Shown: positions 37,750 to 47,003 of the stretch, piece after piece | How the letters are laid out: each line of letters opens with the position of its first letter | Numbering within the stretch: the stretch's first letter is position 1 | From: an uncultured Bacteroidales bacterium | Lineage (GTDB): Bacteria; Bacteroidota; Bacteroidia; Bacteroidales; FEN-979 | Direction of reading: 5' to 3' | NCBI GenBank assembly: GCA_903885595.1 | Contig: CAISJJ010000129.1 | Coordinates: 424-64,423, forward strand | Length of the DNA: 64,000 nt | The notes under the pieces: generated by a model | Database searches by the model: none | Seen by the model: only the letters and a program-made list of their open reading frames with translations | Told to the model about the DNA's origin: nothing | Made by a program: the position numbers and the translations under genes

Positions 37750-38907
37750 ATGTCTCACTACTTTTCCCTCGGCCAGATTCCCCGAAAACGGCATGTTGTA
37801 TTCCGCAAACCCGACGGAGGCCTTTATGCCGAACAGCTGGTTTCAACGGAGGGTTTTTCCGATGTCTATTCCCTGGTATATCATTGTCATCCGCCAACCG
37901 TGGTGACAAAAATTGATGAGGCATATTCCATTGCCCCGAAAATAGCCGATCCGAAAAATATGCAACACCGGCTTTTTCGCGGATTTGATGCTGTGCCGGC
38001 CGATGATTACCTCGAAAGCCGCATTCCAATGCTGGTCAACAGCGATTGTCAAATCAGTCTGGCTGCCCCGCGAAAATCGATGAGCGATTATTACTTTAAA
38101 AATTCCGGGGCCGATGAGATGATCTTTATCCATCGCGGCGAAGGCACCTTGAAAACCATGTATGGAAACATTCCTTTCAGTTATGGTGATCATTTGGTCA
38201 TTCCGCGCGGTGTAATCTATCAGATTGAATTCCGCGCTTCCGACAACAGGCTTTTCATTCTCGAATCATTTACCCCGCTTCGCTTCCCGAAACGATACCT
38301 CAATAAATCCGGGCAACTGCTTGAGCACGCACCGTTTTGTGAGCGCGACATCCGTAAGCCGCAGGTACTGGAAACCCATGATGAGAAAGGAGATTTCCTT
38401 GTCAGGATCAAGCGGGAAGATATGATATGGCCTTACCATTTTGCTACACATCCCTTCGATCTGGTTGGCTGGGATGGGTTTCATTATCCATTTGCTTTTT
38501 CCATTCATGACTTTGAGCCTATCACCGGCCGCTTGCATCAGCCGCCCCCGGTTCATCAGACTTTTGAAACCCCGTCTTTTGTGGTTTGCGCTTTTGTTCC
38601 CCGGTTGTATGATTACCATCCCGACTCTATCCCGACTCCATACAACCACAGCAATGTCGATTCGGATGAAGTGCTTTATTACGTGGATGGCGATTTCATG
38701 AGCCGGAACAATATAAAGCCCGGGAATATAACCCTGCACCCGACAGGGATCGTGCACGGTCCGCATCCGGGTGCAGTAGAGCGGAGCATCGGGGCAAGAG
38801 AGACAAAGGAACTCGCGCTGATGGTCGATACGTTTAAACCGCTTAAGATTACGGAACAGGCGTTTGCCGTTGAAGATCCTGACTATTACAGGTCATGGTT
38901 TGTGTAA
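37750..38907 (+). CDS. hmgA: Homogentisate 1,2-dioxygenase (short bacterial type)
   Basis: PFDLVGWDG, HQPPPVHQTF, PYNHSNVDSDEVLYY and HPTGIVHGPHPG iron-site motifs. Confidence 0.93.
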   Translation: MSHYFSLGQIPRKRHVVFRKPDGGLYAEQLVSTEGFSDVYSLVYHCHPPTVVTKIDEAYSIAPKIADPKNMQHRLFRGFDAVPADDYLESRIPMLVNSDCQISLAAPRKSMSDYYFKNSGADEMIFIHRGEGTLKTMYGNIPFSYGDHLVIPRGVIYQIEFRASDNRLFILESFTPLRFPKRYLNKSGQLLEHAPFCERDIRKPQVLETHDEKGDFLVRIKREDMIWPYHFATHPFDLVGWDGFHYPFAFSIHDFEPITGRLHQPPPVHQTFETPSFVVCAFVPRLYDYHPDSIPTPYNHSNVDSDEVLYYVDGDFMSRNNIKPGNITLHPTGIVHGPHPGAVERSIGARETKELALMVDTFKPLKITEQAFAVEDPDYYRSWFV

Positions 38908-38913
38908 AAGGTG

Positions 38914-39005
38914 AATGCAGGCAATGCAGGCAATGAATGGCAATGAAGGCAATGAAGGCAGGCAATGAAGGCAATGCATACAAGGAAATAATACAGGCAA
39001 TGAAG
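38914..39005 (+). repeat. 9-mer GGCAATGMA array downstream of hmgA
   Basis: About seven GGCAATGCA/GGCAATGAA units. Confidence 0.88.
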
Positions 39006-39112
39006 AAAACCAAGGGAATCCAGTTAATTTCATCCAAGCTTGAAATGAAAAAATGACAGTTAATAACAAACATAATGTGACTAAAGCGCTCAATATCAAA
39101 CAGTTTTATAAA

Positions 39113-39130
39113 CCCGGACTGAAGTCCGGG
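39113..39130. repeat. REP-like perfect palindrome
   Basis: CCCGGACT-GA-AGTCCGGG followed by ACAATTGA. Confidence 0.7.
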
Positions 39131-39192
39131 ACAATTGATAATCAATCGATAGCATTATTACAACATCAGATCCGATACTTTTTGGAGTAGGC

Positions 39193-39237
39193 TCAATCTT
39201 CAAATCCCCAAATCCTCAAATCTTCAAATTTTCAAAT
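39193..39237. repeat. 8-mer CAAATCYT array before hppD
   Basis: Its reverse complement begins ATTTGAAAATTTGAAGAT, identical over 18 nt to 4637-4654. Confidence 0.85.
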
Positions 39238-39248
39238 CATAAAAAGAC

Positions 39249-40349
39249 ATGACTCCTAAAGATGATTTTCTTCCGATAAACGGAACCGATTATGTTGAGT
39301 TTTATGTGGGCAATGCCAAGCAGGCCGCCCATTTCTATCAAACCGCATTTGGATTTCAGCCGTTAGCCTATGCCGGGCTGGAAACCGGGTTGAAGGACCG
39401 CACCTCTTATGTGATCCGGCAGGAAAAGATCACATTTGTTTTCACAACTGCATTGATCCCTGATTCACCCATCGCCGATCATTGTAAATTACACGGAGAT
39501 GGAGTCAAGGTGATAGCCCTGTGGGTTGATGATGCCCTTAAATCATTTGACGAGACTACCAATCGGGGCGCTAAACCCTATCTGCAACCCATTGTTGAAA
39601 AAGATGACCAAGGTATGGTGGTGTTGTCAGGAATTCACACATATGGCGAAACGGTGCATGTTTTTGTAGAACGGAAAAATTATAATGGCGTTTTCCTGCC
39701 AGGATTCGTAAAATGGGATCCTTTGTACCGCCCTGAACCGGCCGGATTGCTCTACGTTGACCATATAGTCGGCAATGTGGATTGGGGACAAATGGATACG
39801 TGGGTAAATTTTTATCACGACGTATTGGGGTTTGACCAGCTGATCTCCTTCGACGACAAGGATATTTCAACCGAATACACAGCCTTGATGAGCAAGGTGG
39901 TGGCAAGCAGGAATCTTTATATCAAGTTTCCGCTGAATGAACCTGCCCGTGGAAAGAAAAAATCGCAGATCGAGGAGTACATCGATTTCTACAGAGGTGC
40001 AGGCGTACAGCATGTTGCCATGGCCACGAACAACATCCTGAAGACAGTTGCTGATCTGAAAAGCCGCGGGGTGGAGTTTCTACGGGTTCCTGATAAATAT
40101 TACGACCTGCTCCTCCAGCGCGTGGGGACCATCGATGAAACCATTGAACCGCTGCGTGAACTTGGCATCCTGGTCGACCGGGATGAAGATGGTTACCTGT
40201 TGCAGATTTTCACCAAGCCGGTTGAGGACCGCCCCACCGTTTTCTATGAAATTATACAGCGTAAAGGCGCCAAATCATTTGGGAAAGGCAACTTTAAGGC
40301 ACTGTTCGAATCAATCGAACTGGAACAGGGAAGAAGAGGAACCTTGTAG
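39249..40349 (+). CDS. hppD: 4-hydroxyphenylpyruvate dioxygenase
   Basis: DHIVGNV, SQIEEY, GAGVQHVA, GYLLQIFT and FYEIIQRKGAKSFGKGNFKALFESIE motifs. Confidence 0.97.
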   Translation: MTPKDDFLPINGTDYVEFYVGNAKQAAHFYQTAFGFQPLAYAGLETGLKDRTSYVIRQEKITFVFTTALIPDSPIADHCKLHGDGVKVIALWVDDALKSFDETTNRGAKPYLQPIVEKDDQGMVVLSGIHTYGETVHVFVERKNYNGVFLPGFVKWDPLYRPEPAGLLYVDHIVGNVDWGQMDTWVNFYHDVLGFDQLISFDDKDISTEYTALMSKVVASRNLYIKFPLNEPARGKKKSQIEEYIDFYRGAGVQHVAMATNNILKTVADLKSRGVEFLRVPDKYYDLLLQRVGTIDETIEPLRELGILVDRDEDGYLLQIFTKPVEDRPTVFYEIIQRKGAKSFGKGNFKALFESIELEQGRRGTL

Positions 40350-40379
40350 AATAACGAATATCGAATGTCGAATTACGAA
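40349..40379 (+). repeat. GAATNNC heptamer array between hppD and fahA
   Basis: GAATAAC GAATATC GAATGTC GAATTAC starting on the hppD stop. Confidence 0.85.
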
Positions 40380-40398
40380 ATGGACTTAATATAGGAAG

Positions 40399-41673
40399 AT
40401 GATAAAAGTAATAGACCCTGGGTTGAAGTCCTGGATTGACGTAAAGGAATACTGCGATTTTCCAATTCAGAACATTCCATTCGGAATTTTTAAGACTCCC
40501 GGAGGGCATGCAAGGGTTGCAACTCGGATAGGCGATACTATTATAGATCTTAATGCTCTTGCAAAGCATGGGTTTTTGGGCGATTTGGACATTGACCCGG
40601 TCATTTTCAGTTCGGAGATTCTCAACCCGCTAATGGTCCTGGGCAAACCAATCTGCCGGGCGTTACGCAACCGAATTGCCGATATCTTTGAAAAAAGCAA
40701 CGTTTCCCTTCGCGATCATCCTGAAATTCAACGCAAGATCCTGTTCCCACTGAATGCCGTTCAGATGCTGATGCCTGTTCAGGTTGGTGATTACACCGAT
40801 TTTTACTCCAGCATTGAACATGCCACAAACGTTGGAATAATGTTCCGTGATCCGGCAAATGCATTGTTGCCCAACTGGAGGCATCTCCCCGTGGGTTACC
40901 ATGGCAGGAGTTCATCCATTGTTGTTTCCGGTACCAATATTCACCGGCCCAAGGGACAAACAAAGGCTGTTACAGCAGAAGTTCCTGAGTTTGGCCCTTC
41001 AAAACAGGTTGATTTCGAACTTGAAATAGCCTTTGTCACCTGTAAAAAAACCAAACTTGGACAATCTGTTTCCACAGCAGATGCAGAAGATCATGTTTTT
41101 GGCCTGGCATTATTCAACGATCTTTCGGCCCGGGATATTCAGGCCTGGGAATATGTTCCGCTGGGTCCGTTTCTGGCGAAAAATTTTGGTTCAGTAGTCT
41201 CTCCATGGATTGTCACGCTTGATGCCCTGGAACCATTCCGTGTACCGGGTCCTAAACAGGAACCGGCTGTGCTTGCTTATTTGCATGCGGAGGGAGCCCA
41301 TAATTTTGATATTCAGCTGGATGTGCTGATTAAGCCAGAAAGGCAGGAGGAACATCAGGTTTGCCACTCTAACTACAAATACATGTATTGGAATCTGGCC
41401 CAGCAACTGGCACATCAAACGGTGAATGGTTGCAATATCAACGTTGGCGACCTGTATGGCTCCGGAACCATAAGCGGACCCACACCCGATTCATTTGGCT
41501 CCATGCTCGAAATTGCCTGGAAGGGAACCCGGCCTGTGAAAATGCCGGACGGGACCGAACGAAAATTCATCAATGATAACGACACCATCATCATGCGAGG
41601 ATACTCCATTAAGGATAACCTGCGGATCGGATTTGGCGAAGTCTCCACGAAAATATTACCCGCCCTGCCCTAA
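40399..41673 (+). CDS. fahA: Fumarylacetoacetase
   Basis: DFPIQNIPFG, GDYTDFYSSIEHA, PVGYHGRSSS, DFELE, NDLSARDIQAWEYVPLGPF and SGTISG motifs. Confidence 0.96.
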   Translation: MIKVIDPGLKSWIDVKEYCDFPIQNIPFGIFKTPGGHARVATRIGDTIIDLNALAKHGFLGDLDIDPVIFSSEILNPLMVLGKPICRALRNRIADIFEKSNVSLRDHPEIQRKILFPLNAVQMLMPVQVGDYTDFYSSIEHATNVGIMFRDPANALLPNWRHLPVGYHGRSSSIVVSGTNIHRPKGQTKAVTAEVPEFGPSKQVDFELEIAFVTCKKTKLGQSVSTADAEDHVFGLALFNDLSARDIQAWEYVPLGPFLAKNFGSVVSPWIVTLDALEPFRVPGPKQEPAVLAYLHAEGAHNFDIQLDVLIKPERQEEHQVCHSNYKYMYWNLAQQLAHQTVNGCNINVGDLYGSGTISGPTPDSFGSMLEIAWKGTRPVKMPDGTERKFINDNDTIIMRGYSIKDNLRIGFGEVSTKILPALP

Positions 41674-41704
41674 AATCCCTGATAATGAATACTGCCACCA
41701 CCTA

Positions 41705-41815
41705 TTCATCATTCATCACTTGTCCCGCGTCCCGCGTCCCGTGTCCCGTTTCATACGTCCCGTGTCCCATGTCCCGCGTCCCGATTATTTGTCAATCATA
41801 ATTCGTAATTCGTAA
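41705..41815 (+). repeat. CGYGTCC heptamer array between fahA and the flavin reductase gene
   Basis: TTCATCA x2, CGCGTCC/CGTGTCC x~6, AATTCGT x2 directly before ATG 41816. Confidence 0.9.
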
Positions 41816-42451
41816 ATGAGCTCCACCCCCTACCTCCACTTCGATCCCACCGAAACCTCCATCCCGAAGTTTCACCACCTTATGCTCGGGGCAATTGCAC
41901 CACGCCCGATTGCACTTGCAAGTACCATTGATAATGAGGGGAGACCTAACCTTTCCCCTTTCAGTTTTTTCAATGCATTTGGAGCCAATCCGCCCATCAT
42001 CGTTTTTTCTCCGTCAAGACGTGGTGTCGACAATACAACCAAGCATACCTATGAAAATGTAAAAGAGGTGCCTGAAGTGGTCATCAACGCGGTTACCTAT
42101 GAAATGATTCAGAAAGTAAGCGATTCCAGCGCTGATTTTCCAAAGGGGGTCAATGAATTCGAGATGGTGGGATTCAAAATGGAACCATCTGATCTTGTCA
42201 GACCCTTCAGGGTAAAGGAATCACCGGTTCAGTTTGAATGCAAGGTGCTCCAGATAATTGAAACAGGTATGGGAAATGCCGCAGGGAACCTGGTCATTTG
42301 CGAGATCTTACGGATCCATGTCAATCCGGAGGTAATGGATGAATACGGAAGGATTGACCAACAGAGGATTGACCTGGTCGGAAGAATGGGGGGGGAGTAT
42401 TACGTCAGGGCTCAGGGACCATCACTTTTCGAACTTGCTAAACCACAGTAA
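41816..42451 (+). CDS. Flavin reductase-like (DIM6/NTAB family) FMN-binding protein
   Basis: IAPRPIALAST, NLSPFSFFN, KHTYENV, VKESPVQFECK and VGRMGGEYY motifs. Confidence 0.9.
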   Translation: MSSTPYLHFDPTETSIPKFHHLMLGAIAPRPIALASTIDNEGRPNLSPFSFFNAFGANPPIIVFSPSRRGVDNTTKHTYENVKEVPEVVINAVTYEMIQKVSDSSADFPKGVNEFEMVGFKMEPSDLVRPFRVKESPVQFECKVLQIIETGMGNAAGNLVICEILRIHVNPEVMDEYGRIDQQRIDLVGRMGGEYYVRAQGPSLFELAKPQ

Positions 42452-42481
42452 ATTCAGGGTGGCTCAAAAGTCAAATTTTAA

Positions 42482-42549
42482 TGCTAAGACACTAAGACGC
42501 GAAAAGAACATGATTGATTTTCAATTATTTGTCCATTAGTGTCTTGGCA
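42482..42549. repeat. Inverted repeat (CTAAGACAC family)
   Basis: 14-bp stem TGCTAAGACACTAA / TTAGTGTCTTGGCA with one G-U pair and a 40-nt loop. Confidence 0.75.
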
Positions 42550-42600
42550 ATTAAGCAGGTAATTCAGTATCAATAACCAGCCTCGCAAATAACATGAATC

Positions 42601-44364
42601 ATGGAAATGAATGAAATCCTCGATAAACTGCCCAGGCACCTGATGAGCCTGGTAATAGATCAGCCATACAATGAATATACCCCGCAGGATCATGCTCTTT
42701 GGCGCTATGTGATGCGGCAAAATGTTCGATATCTCGGAAAGGTCGCGCATGGCGCTTACCTTGATGGATTGCGTAAAACAGGCATCAGCATTGAAACTAT
42801 TCCAAGCATGTATGGCATGAACCGGATACTCAAGGAGATCGGCTGGGCAGCTGTAGCCGTCGATGGTTTTGTTCCGCCTTCGGCTTTCATGGCGTTTCAG
42901 GCCTACAATGTACTGGTGATCGCTGCCGATATCCGCCCGATCGACCAGATCGGATATACCCCGGCACCCGATATTATTCATGAAGCCGCAGGTCATGCAC
43001 CAATTATTGCCGACCCGGTTTATGCTGATTTTCTTAGCAGATTTGGTGAAATAGGGGCTAAAGCATTCTTGTCACACCAGGATTATGCACTCTTTGAGGC
43101 TATCCGCCATCTTTCGATCGTTAAAGCCGATCCTTACTCTTCGAAGGATGTGATTGAAGGGGCTGAAAAGCGGCTGACGGATATTTCAAACAACATGGGA
43201 GAACCCTCTGAACTCGCCCGGATCCGGAACCTTCACTGGTGGACTGTCGAATATGGGCTTATCGGTGATCTGGATGATCCTAAGATTTATGGTGCGGGTC
43301 TACTCTCATCAATCGCTGAAAGCCACCTTTGCCTGCAGCCAAAAGTCAGGAAAATACCACTGACCACGGATGCGGCCAACTATAATTACGATATAACAGA
43401 ACCGCAGCCACAGCTGTTTGTCACACCCGATTTTGAAACCCTGAACTGCGTGCTCGAAGAGTTTACGGAAACCATGGCATTGCGCCGGGGTGGTTTGTAC
43501 GGGCTCGAACAAGCGATCCGGTCGGGGAACACAGGTACTGCAGTATACAGTTCGGGACTCCAGGTATCAGGTACATTCACAGAGGTTTTGGAGAAAAACG
43601 GGGAGCTGGTTTACCTGAAAACCTCCAGACCGACAAATCTTAATTTTGATTACAAGGAATTGCCGGGACATAATAAAAAATACCATGCCCATGGATTCGG
43701 ATCTCCGGTTGGAAAGATAAAGAACCTGGCCGTTTCACTCGAAGATTTTTCGGAGGAAGAACTCGATCAGATCGGACTGACCGAGGGTGAATCGGCAAAC
43801 CTGGCATTCGAGTCGGGGGTGAATGTTCGCGGGAAAGTTCTGAGTAAGACAATCTGCAACGGACATCTCGTATTGCTAAGTTTTGTCGAATGTATGGTAA
43901 CCTATGAAGGAAAAACACTTTTTGAACCATCATGGGGAACTTTCGACATGGCCGTTGGTAATAAAATTGTTTCAGTGTTTTCAGGTCCGGCAGATCCTGA
44001 TGCATTCGAATTGAGTTATCCTGCCCCTGAAGAGAAAACACATAAAATATTGCACGACGATAAAGCGAAGAGATTGCATGCCATTTATCAAAAAGTGCGC
44101 GACATCCGCGGGCAAAACGGCTCCTTTGCCCAGTTACCTTCGATATGGCAGGAGTTGAAAAGTGATCATTCCGGCGACTGGCTTTGTGCTCTTGAAATAC
44201 TTGAACTTCTTAAAATAAAGCAAATAGAAGATGGATTTGCAGAGGAGGTAATTCAATACCTGCAATCAAAAAAATCGGAAGGGGCCACGATGATAAAACT
44301 GATTGATGATGGATTTGCTTTGCTTGAATCGCCCGATCAAAGCACTACCAGACCGGCTTCCTGA
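42601..44364 (+). CDS. phhA: Phenylalanine 4-monooxygenase, long form
   Basis: YTPAPDIIHEAAGH, WWTVEYGL, IYGAGLLSSIAE and YDITEPQPQLFV motifs; C-terminal extension of about 280 aa. Confidence 0.9.
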   Translation: MEMNEILDKLPRHLMSLVIDQPYNEYTPQDHALWRYVMRQNVRYLGKVAHGAYLDGLRKTGISIETIPSMYGMNRILKEIGWAAVAVDGFVPPSAFMAFQAYNVLVIAADIRPIDQIGYTPAPDIIHEAAGHAPIIADPVYADFLSRFGEIGAKAFLSHQDYALFEAIRHLSIVKADPYSSKDVIEGAEKRLTDISNNMGEPSELARIRNLHWWTVEYGLIGDLDDPKIYGAGLLSSIAESHLCLQPKVRKIPLTTDAANYNYDITEPQPQLFVTPDFETLNCVLEEFTETMALRRGGLYGLEQAIRSGNTGTAVYSSGLQVSGTFTEVLEKNGELVYLKTSRPTNLNFDYKELPGHNKKYHAHGFGSPVGKIKNLAVSLEDFSEEELDQIGLTEGESANLAFESGVNVRGKVLSKTICNGHLVLLSFVECMVTYEGKTLFEPSWGTFDMAVGNKIVSVFSGPADPDAFELSYPAPEEKTHKILHDDKAKRLHAIYQKVRDIRGQNGSFAQLPSIWQELKSDHSGDWLCALEILELLKIKQIEDGFAEEVIQYLQSKKSEGATMIKLIDDGFALLESPDQSTTRPAS

Positions 44365-44986
44365 TTTCTCCTTTTACAACGGGGATCAACTGGCTCCCTC
44401 CTTCATAAAAATAATAGAAATCTTCAGGGGCTAGTGGCTGGCTTATTCTGAATTTAAGATGTTCCCTGAAGGTGAACTTGATCTGCTTGCCATCAGTGGT
44501 AATGTTGATCTTTGAGACGGGGTAGGAAACTTTGGTAGCAAGCGCATCATCCAGATCCACATCGATTTTCCCCATCTTTTTAACTATTCCATTTTTAAAC
44601 AGGTACGCACGCAGCTCAGAATCGTATATGTAGCGTGATTCCCAAATAATCACCACCCCGTCGGAAGGATTCTGTGTACGGTAAAAATATAAGCGGGTTG
44701 TATCGCTTACATTCACGGTGTCGAAAGCGGCAGCAACTTCACTGTTGCGATTGTTTTTAAATACCCCGACACACATATCGATATGCCAATAGCGAAATAC
44801 TATACCAATTGCCGTTGTATTATCGAGGTTGTAGCAATGACGAACGCTCAAGGTATCAAATTTCTTTATGGTGTTGTTTTTCACCGGGGTGAATGCTGAA
44901 TAGGACCTGGCGTATTGTGCTCTTACCTCCTGGAATAACATCGTAACCAGCAAAACCAGGATCGACACTTTATAAGTTATGCGCAT
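44345..44986 (-). CDS. Exported hypothetical protein
   Basis: 213-aa ORF with a signal-peptide-like N-terminus; converges on phhA with a 20-nt overlap. Confidence 0.6.
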   Translation of the reverse strand: MRITYKVSILVLLVTMLFQEVRAQYARSYSAFTPVKNNTIKKFDTLSVRHCYNLDNTTAIGIVFRYWHIDMCVGVFKNNRNSEVAAAFDTVNVSDTTRLYFYRTQNPSDGVVIIWESRYIYDSELRAYLFKNGIVKKMGKIDVDLDDALATKVSYPVSKINITTDGKQIKFTFREHLKFRISQPLAPEDFYYFYEGGSQLIPVVKGEIRKPVW

Positions 44987-44998
44987 AGATTTGGTTAA

Positions 44999-45640
44999 TT
45001 ATCTCTTTTTAGTATCGCCGTTGTTTTTTCTGAATTTAATAATACCTCGAATCAGTATGGTCATGGTAATTAATGTAATTCCCAGTACAAAATATTCAAT
45101 GTTGTCCAGGGAGGCTGGAATTTTTTTTCCTACCAGGTATCCAAGAGGAATCAGGGACCCCACCCATAATACCGCACCTGTGATGTTATATATATTGAAC
45201 TTCCAGAAATTCATTTCGATCGTGCCGGCAAGGATGGGTACAAACGTGCGGACAACCGGCATAAACCGGCCGGCAATGAGGGCAATACCCCCATATTTTT
45301 CATAATATGCCTTCGATTTATCCAAATGCCGCTGTTTAAAAAACCAGGTGTCCTTTTTCAGTAATAATTTATGGCCGAAATATTTTCCTGTTAAAAAGCC
45401 GACAATATTTCCTGCAAAAGCAGCCGCAATAACAGTCACTACCAACAACCAGATATTCACAGCCAGGTCACTGCCACAAAGCAGTCCCGCAGTAAATAAC
45501 AAAGCATCCCCGGCAAAAATGAATCCGATAACCAAACCTGTTTCAGCAAATATGATAATCAGCAGGAGTGTGAGGCCTCCATAATGAATTAGTTTCTCTG
45601 AATTTAGCAGAATTTCAAAAAAATCTTTTATTTCTTGCAT
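44999..45640 (-). CDS. DedA/VTT family membrane protein
   Basis: IIFAETG..GDALLFTAG and GRFMPVVRTFVPILAG motifs; start 45640. Confidence 0.92.
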   Translation of the reverse strand: MQEIKDFFEILLNSEKLIHYGGLTLLLIIIFAETGLVIGFIFAGDALLFTAGLLCGSDLAVNIWLLVVTVIAAAFAGNIVGFLTGKYFGHKLLLKKDTWFFKQRHLDKSKAYYEKYGGIALIAGRFMPVVRTFVPILAGTIEMNFWKFNIYNITGAVLWVGSLIPLGYLVGKKIPASLDNIEYFVLGITLITMTILIRGIIKFRKNNGDTKKR

Positions 45641-45650
45641 GAATTTGATG

Positions 45651-45872
45651 TCACTTTTTCGTGATCTCCTGGTACAACTCCATGATCTCTGATTTACACC
45701 TGGCAGGGGCTTCAACATAACCCCATCCATATTCCATTTCAATAATTCCGCCCAGGGCCGTATCATCTGAAGTAACAATACCATGAGGAATTTTACGATC
45801 AGTAAGTACTTCTTCCAGCAACCCAGCTTCAAACTCATTGTTCAGAACAAGAATTTTTTCAAAAGTTTCCAT
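45651..45872 (-). CDS. DUF2007-like small signal-transducing protein
   Basis: NNEFEAGLLEEVLTDRKIP pattern; 73 aa. Confidence 0.6.
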   Translation of the reverse strand: METFEKILVLNNEFEAGLLEEVLTDRKIPHGIVTSDDTALGGIIEMEYGWGYVEAPARCKSEIMELYQEITKK

Positions 45873-45917
45873 AGTCAGTTATTTTTCATCTAAGATACGA
45901 AAATTTTCATGAATCCA

Positions 45918-46523
45918 TTATGATTTAACTGTTTTTTGAAATGGATTCAGTATCGAGAAGATGGACTTGTTTTTCCGGTCAAAGTAACCTCCGCTCACAA
46001 TTTTAACCTCATCAATTGTATAAAATGCCGTTGGATTGAATTGCTTGATAATTTCAATAACGTGATTAGCTTCTTTGCGCCTGATTGTGGTGAAAAGCAT
46101 TTTTGTTGGGCCCATCATTCCATCAACCGGAACCACCGTTACGCCATAACCTAATTCACGAAGGTATTTGATCAGTGCGGTGGTATCTTTTTTTGGAATC
46201 ACCCGGATAACCACATTGCCAATAGAAAGTTTTTCCTCCAGGAGGATGCCAAAATAGTTACCGGCAGCGTATCCACCTGCATAAGCAATATAGCAGTAAA
46301 CATTGTCGAGGTGCTTCATGATTTGTCCGATGGCAACAAGCCAGATAAAGGATTCAAAGAAGGCAAAGAATGGAGCAAGCCGCTTTAGCCCTTTTGCAGC
46401 AAATATCAACCGGAGCGTTCCGATGGATTGGTCGATGATCCGGAAAAAAAAGATGAGCAATGGCAGTACAATGAATGCAAATGTTTCATTTTCAAAGAAC
46501 CGGGCAATGTAATCGAAGTTCAT
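45918..46523 (-). CDS. DUF2179 / UPF0316 membrane protein
   Basis: RIIDQSIGTLR, YAGGYAAGNYFG, GYGVT and FNPTAFYTIDEVK motifs. Confidence 0.85.
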   Translation of the reverse strand: MNFDYIARFFENETFAFIVLPLLIFFFRIIDQSIGTLRLIFAAKGLKRLAPFFAFFESFIWLVAIGQIMKHLDNVYCYIAYAGGYAAGNYFGILLEEKLSIGNVVIRVIPKKDTTALIKYLRELGYGVTVVPVDGMMGPTKMLFTTIRRKEANHVIEIIKQFNPTAFYTIDEVKIVSGGYFDRKNKSIFSILNPFQKTVKS

Positions 46524-46630
46524 TGGCTGATTTGTTAATGTGTTAATTTGTAAATGTGCTGATGACAGATCCAAATATGAACTGATTTGTTAGTTGGAAT
46601 ATCGATAAAATATCGTGGCCCCAATTGAGT

Positions 46631-46876
46631 TTAAAGTCGGAGTCTATTCAGATAACTTATTAAACTTAATGTTGAAACAATTGTCCAACAACCCTCAAGA
46701 ATGATAAATGGCAAATAATTCAATAAAACAGAAGCCATACAGGCTATCCCGGCCCCTATAAGATTCATGAGCAGATAAGTTAAACTCTCTTTTTTTATTA
46801 TATCTCGTAGGTTCAGAAAAAACGCAGTTAGGAGAATTGCCACTCCGATAAATCCTATCCAGTCTGTATTTGTCAT
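46631..46876 (-). CDS. CBU_0592-like small membrane protein
   Basis: DWIGFIGVAILLTAF..YLLMNLIGA..FIILEGCW pattern. Confidence 0.75.
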   Translation of the reverse strand: MTNTDWIGFIGVAILLTAFFLNLRDIIKKESLTYLLMNLIGAGIACMASVLLNYLPFIILEGCWTIVSTLSLISYLNRLRL

Positions 46877-47003
46877 AAATTTACATTTCGCATCACACAA
46901 ATAATGAGCACTTCAGATAAAATAAATTACTAATATGTCGGTCCAATAATAAAAACAATGGCTAGTCCCATTGGGATGGTTTTTTGCCCCATATCGGAGT
47001 TGT

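Noticed and set aside
38893-39099. Cys/His-rich minus-strand ORF (CLHCLP.., CIACIACIH) as a metal-binding peptide
   Set aside because: It is the translation of the GGCAATGMA 9-mer array and overlaps the hmgA end.
40411-40439. REP-like string ATAGACCCTGGGTTGAAGTCCTGGATTGA resembling 39108-39138
   Set aside because: It encodes IDPGLKSWID, the normal DPxLKSW N-terminus of this FahA type, and is not a clean palindrome; probably coincidence.
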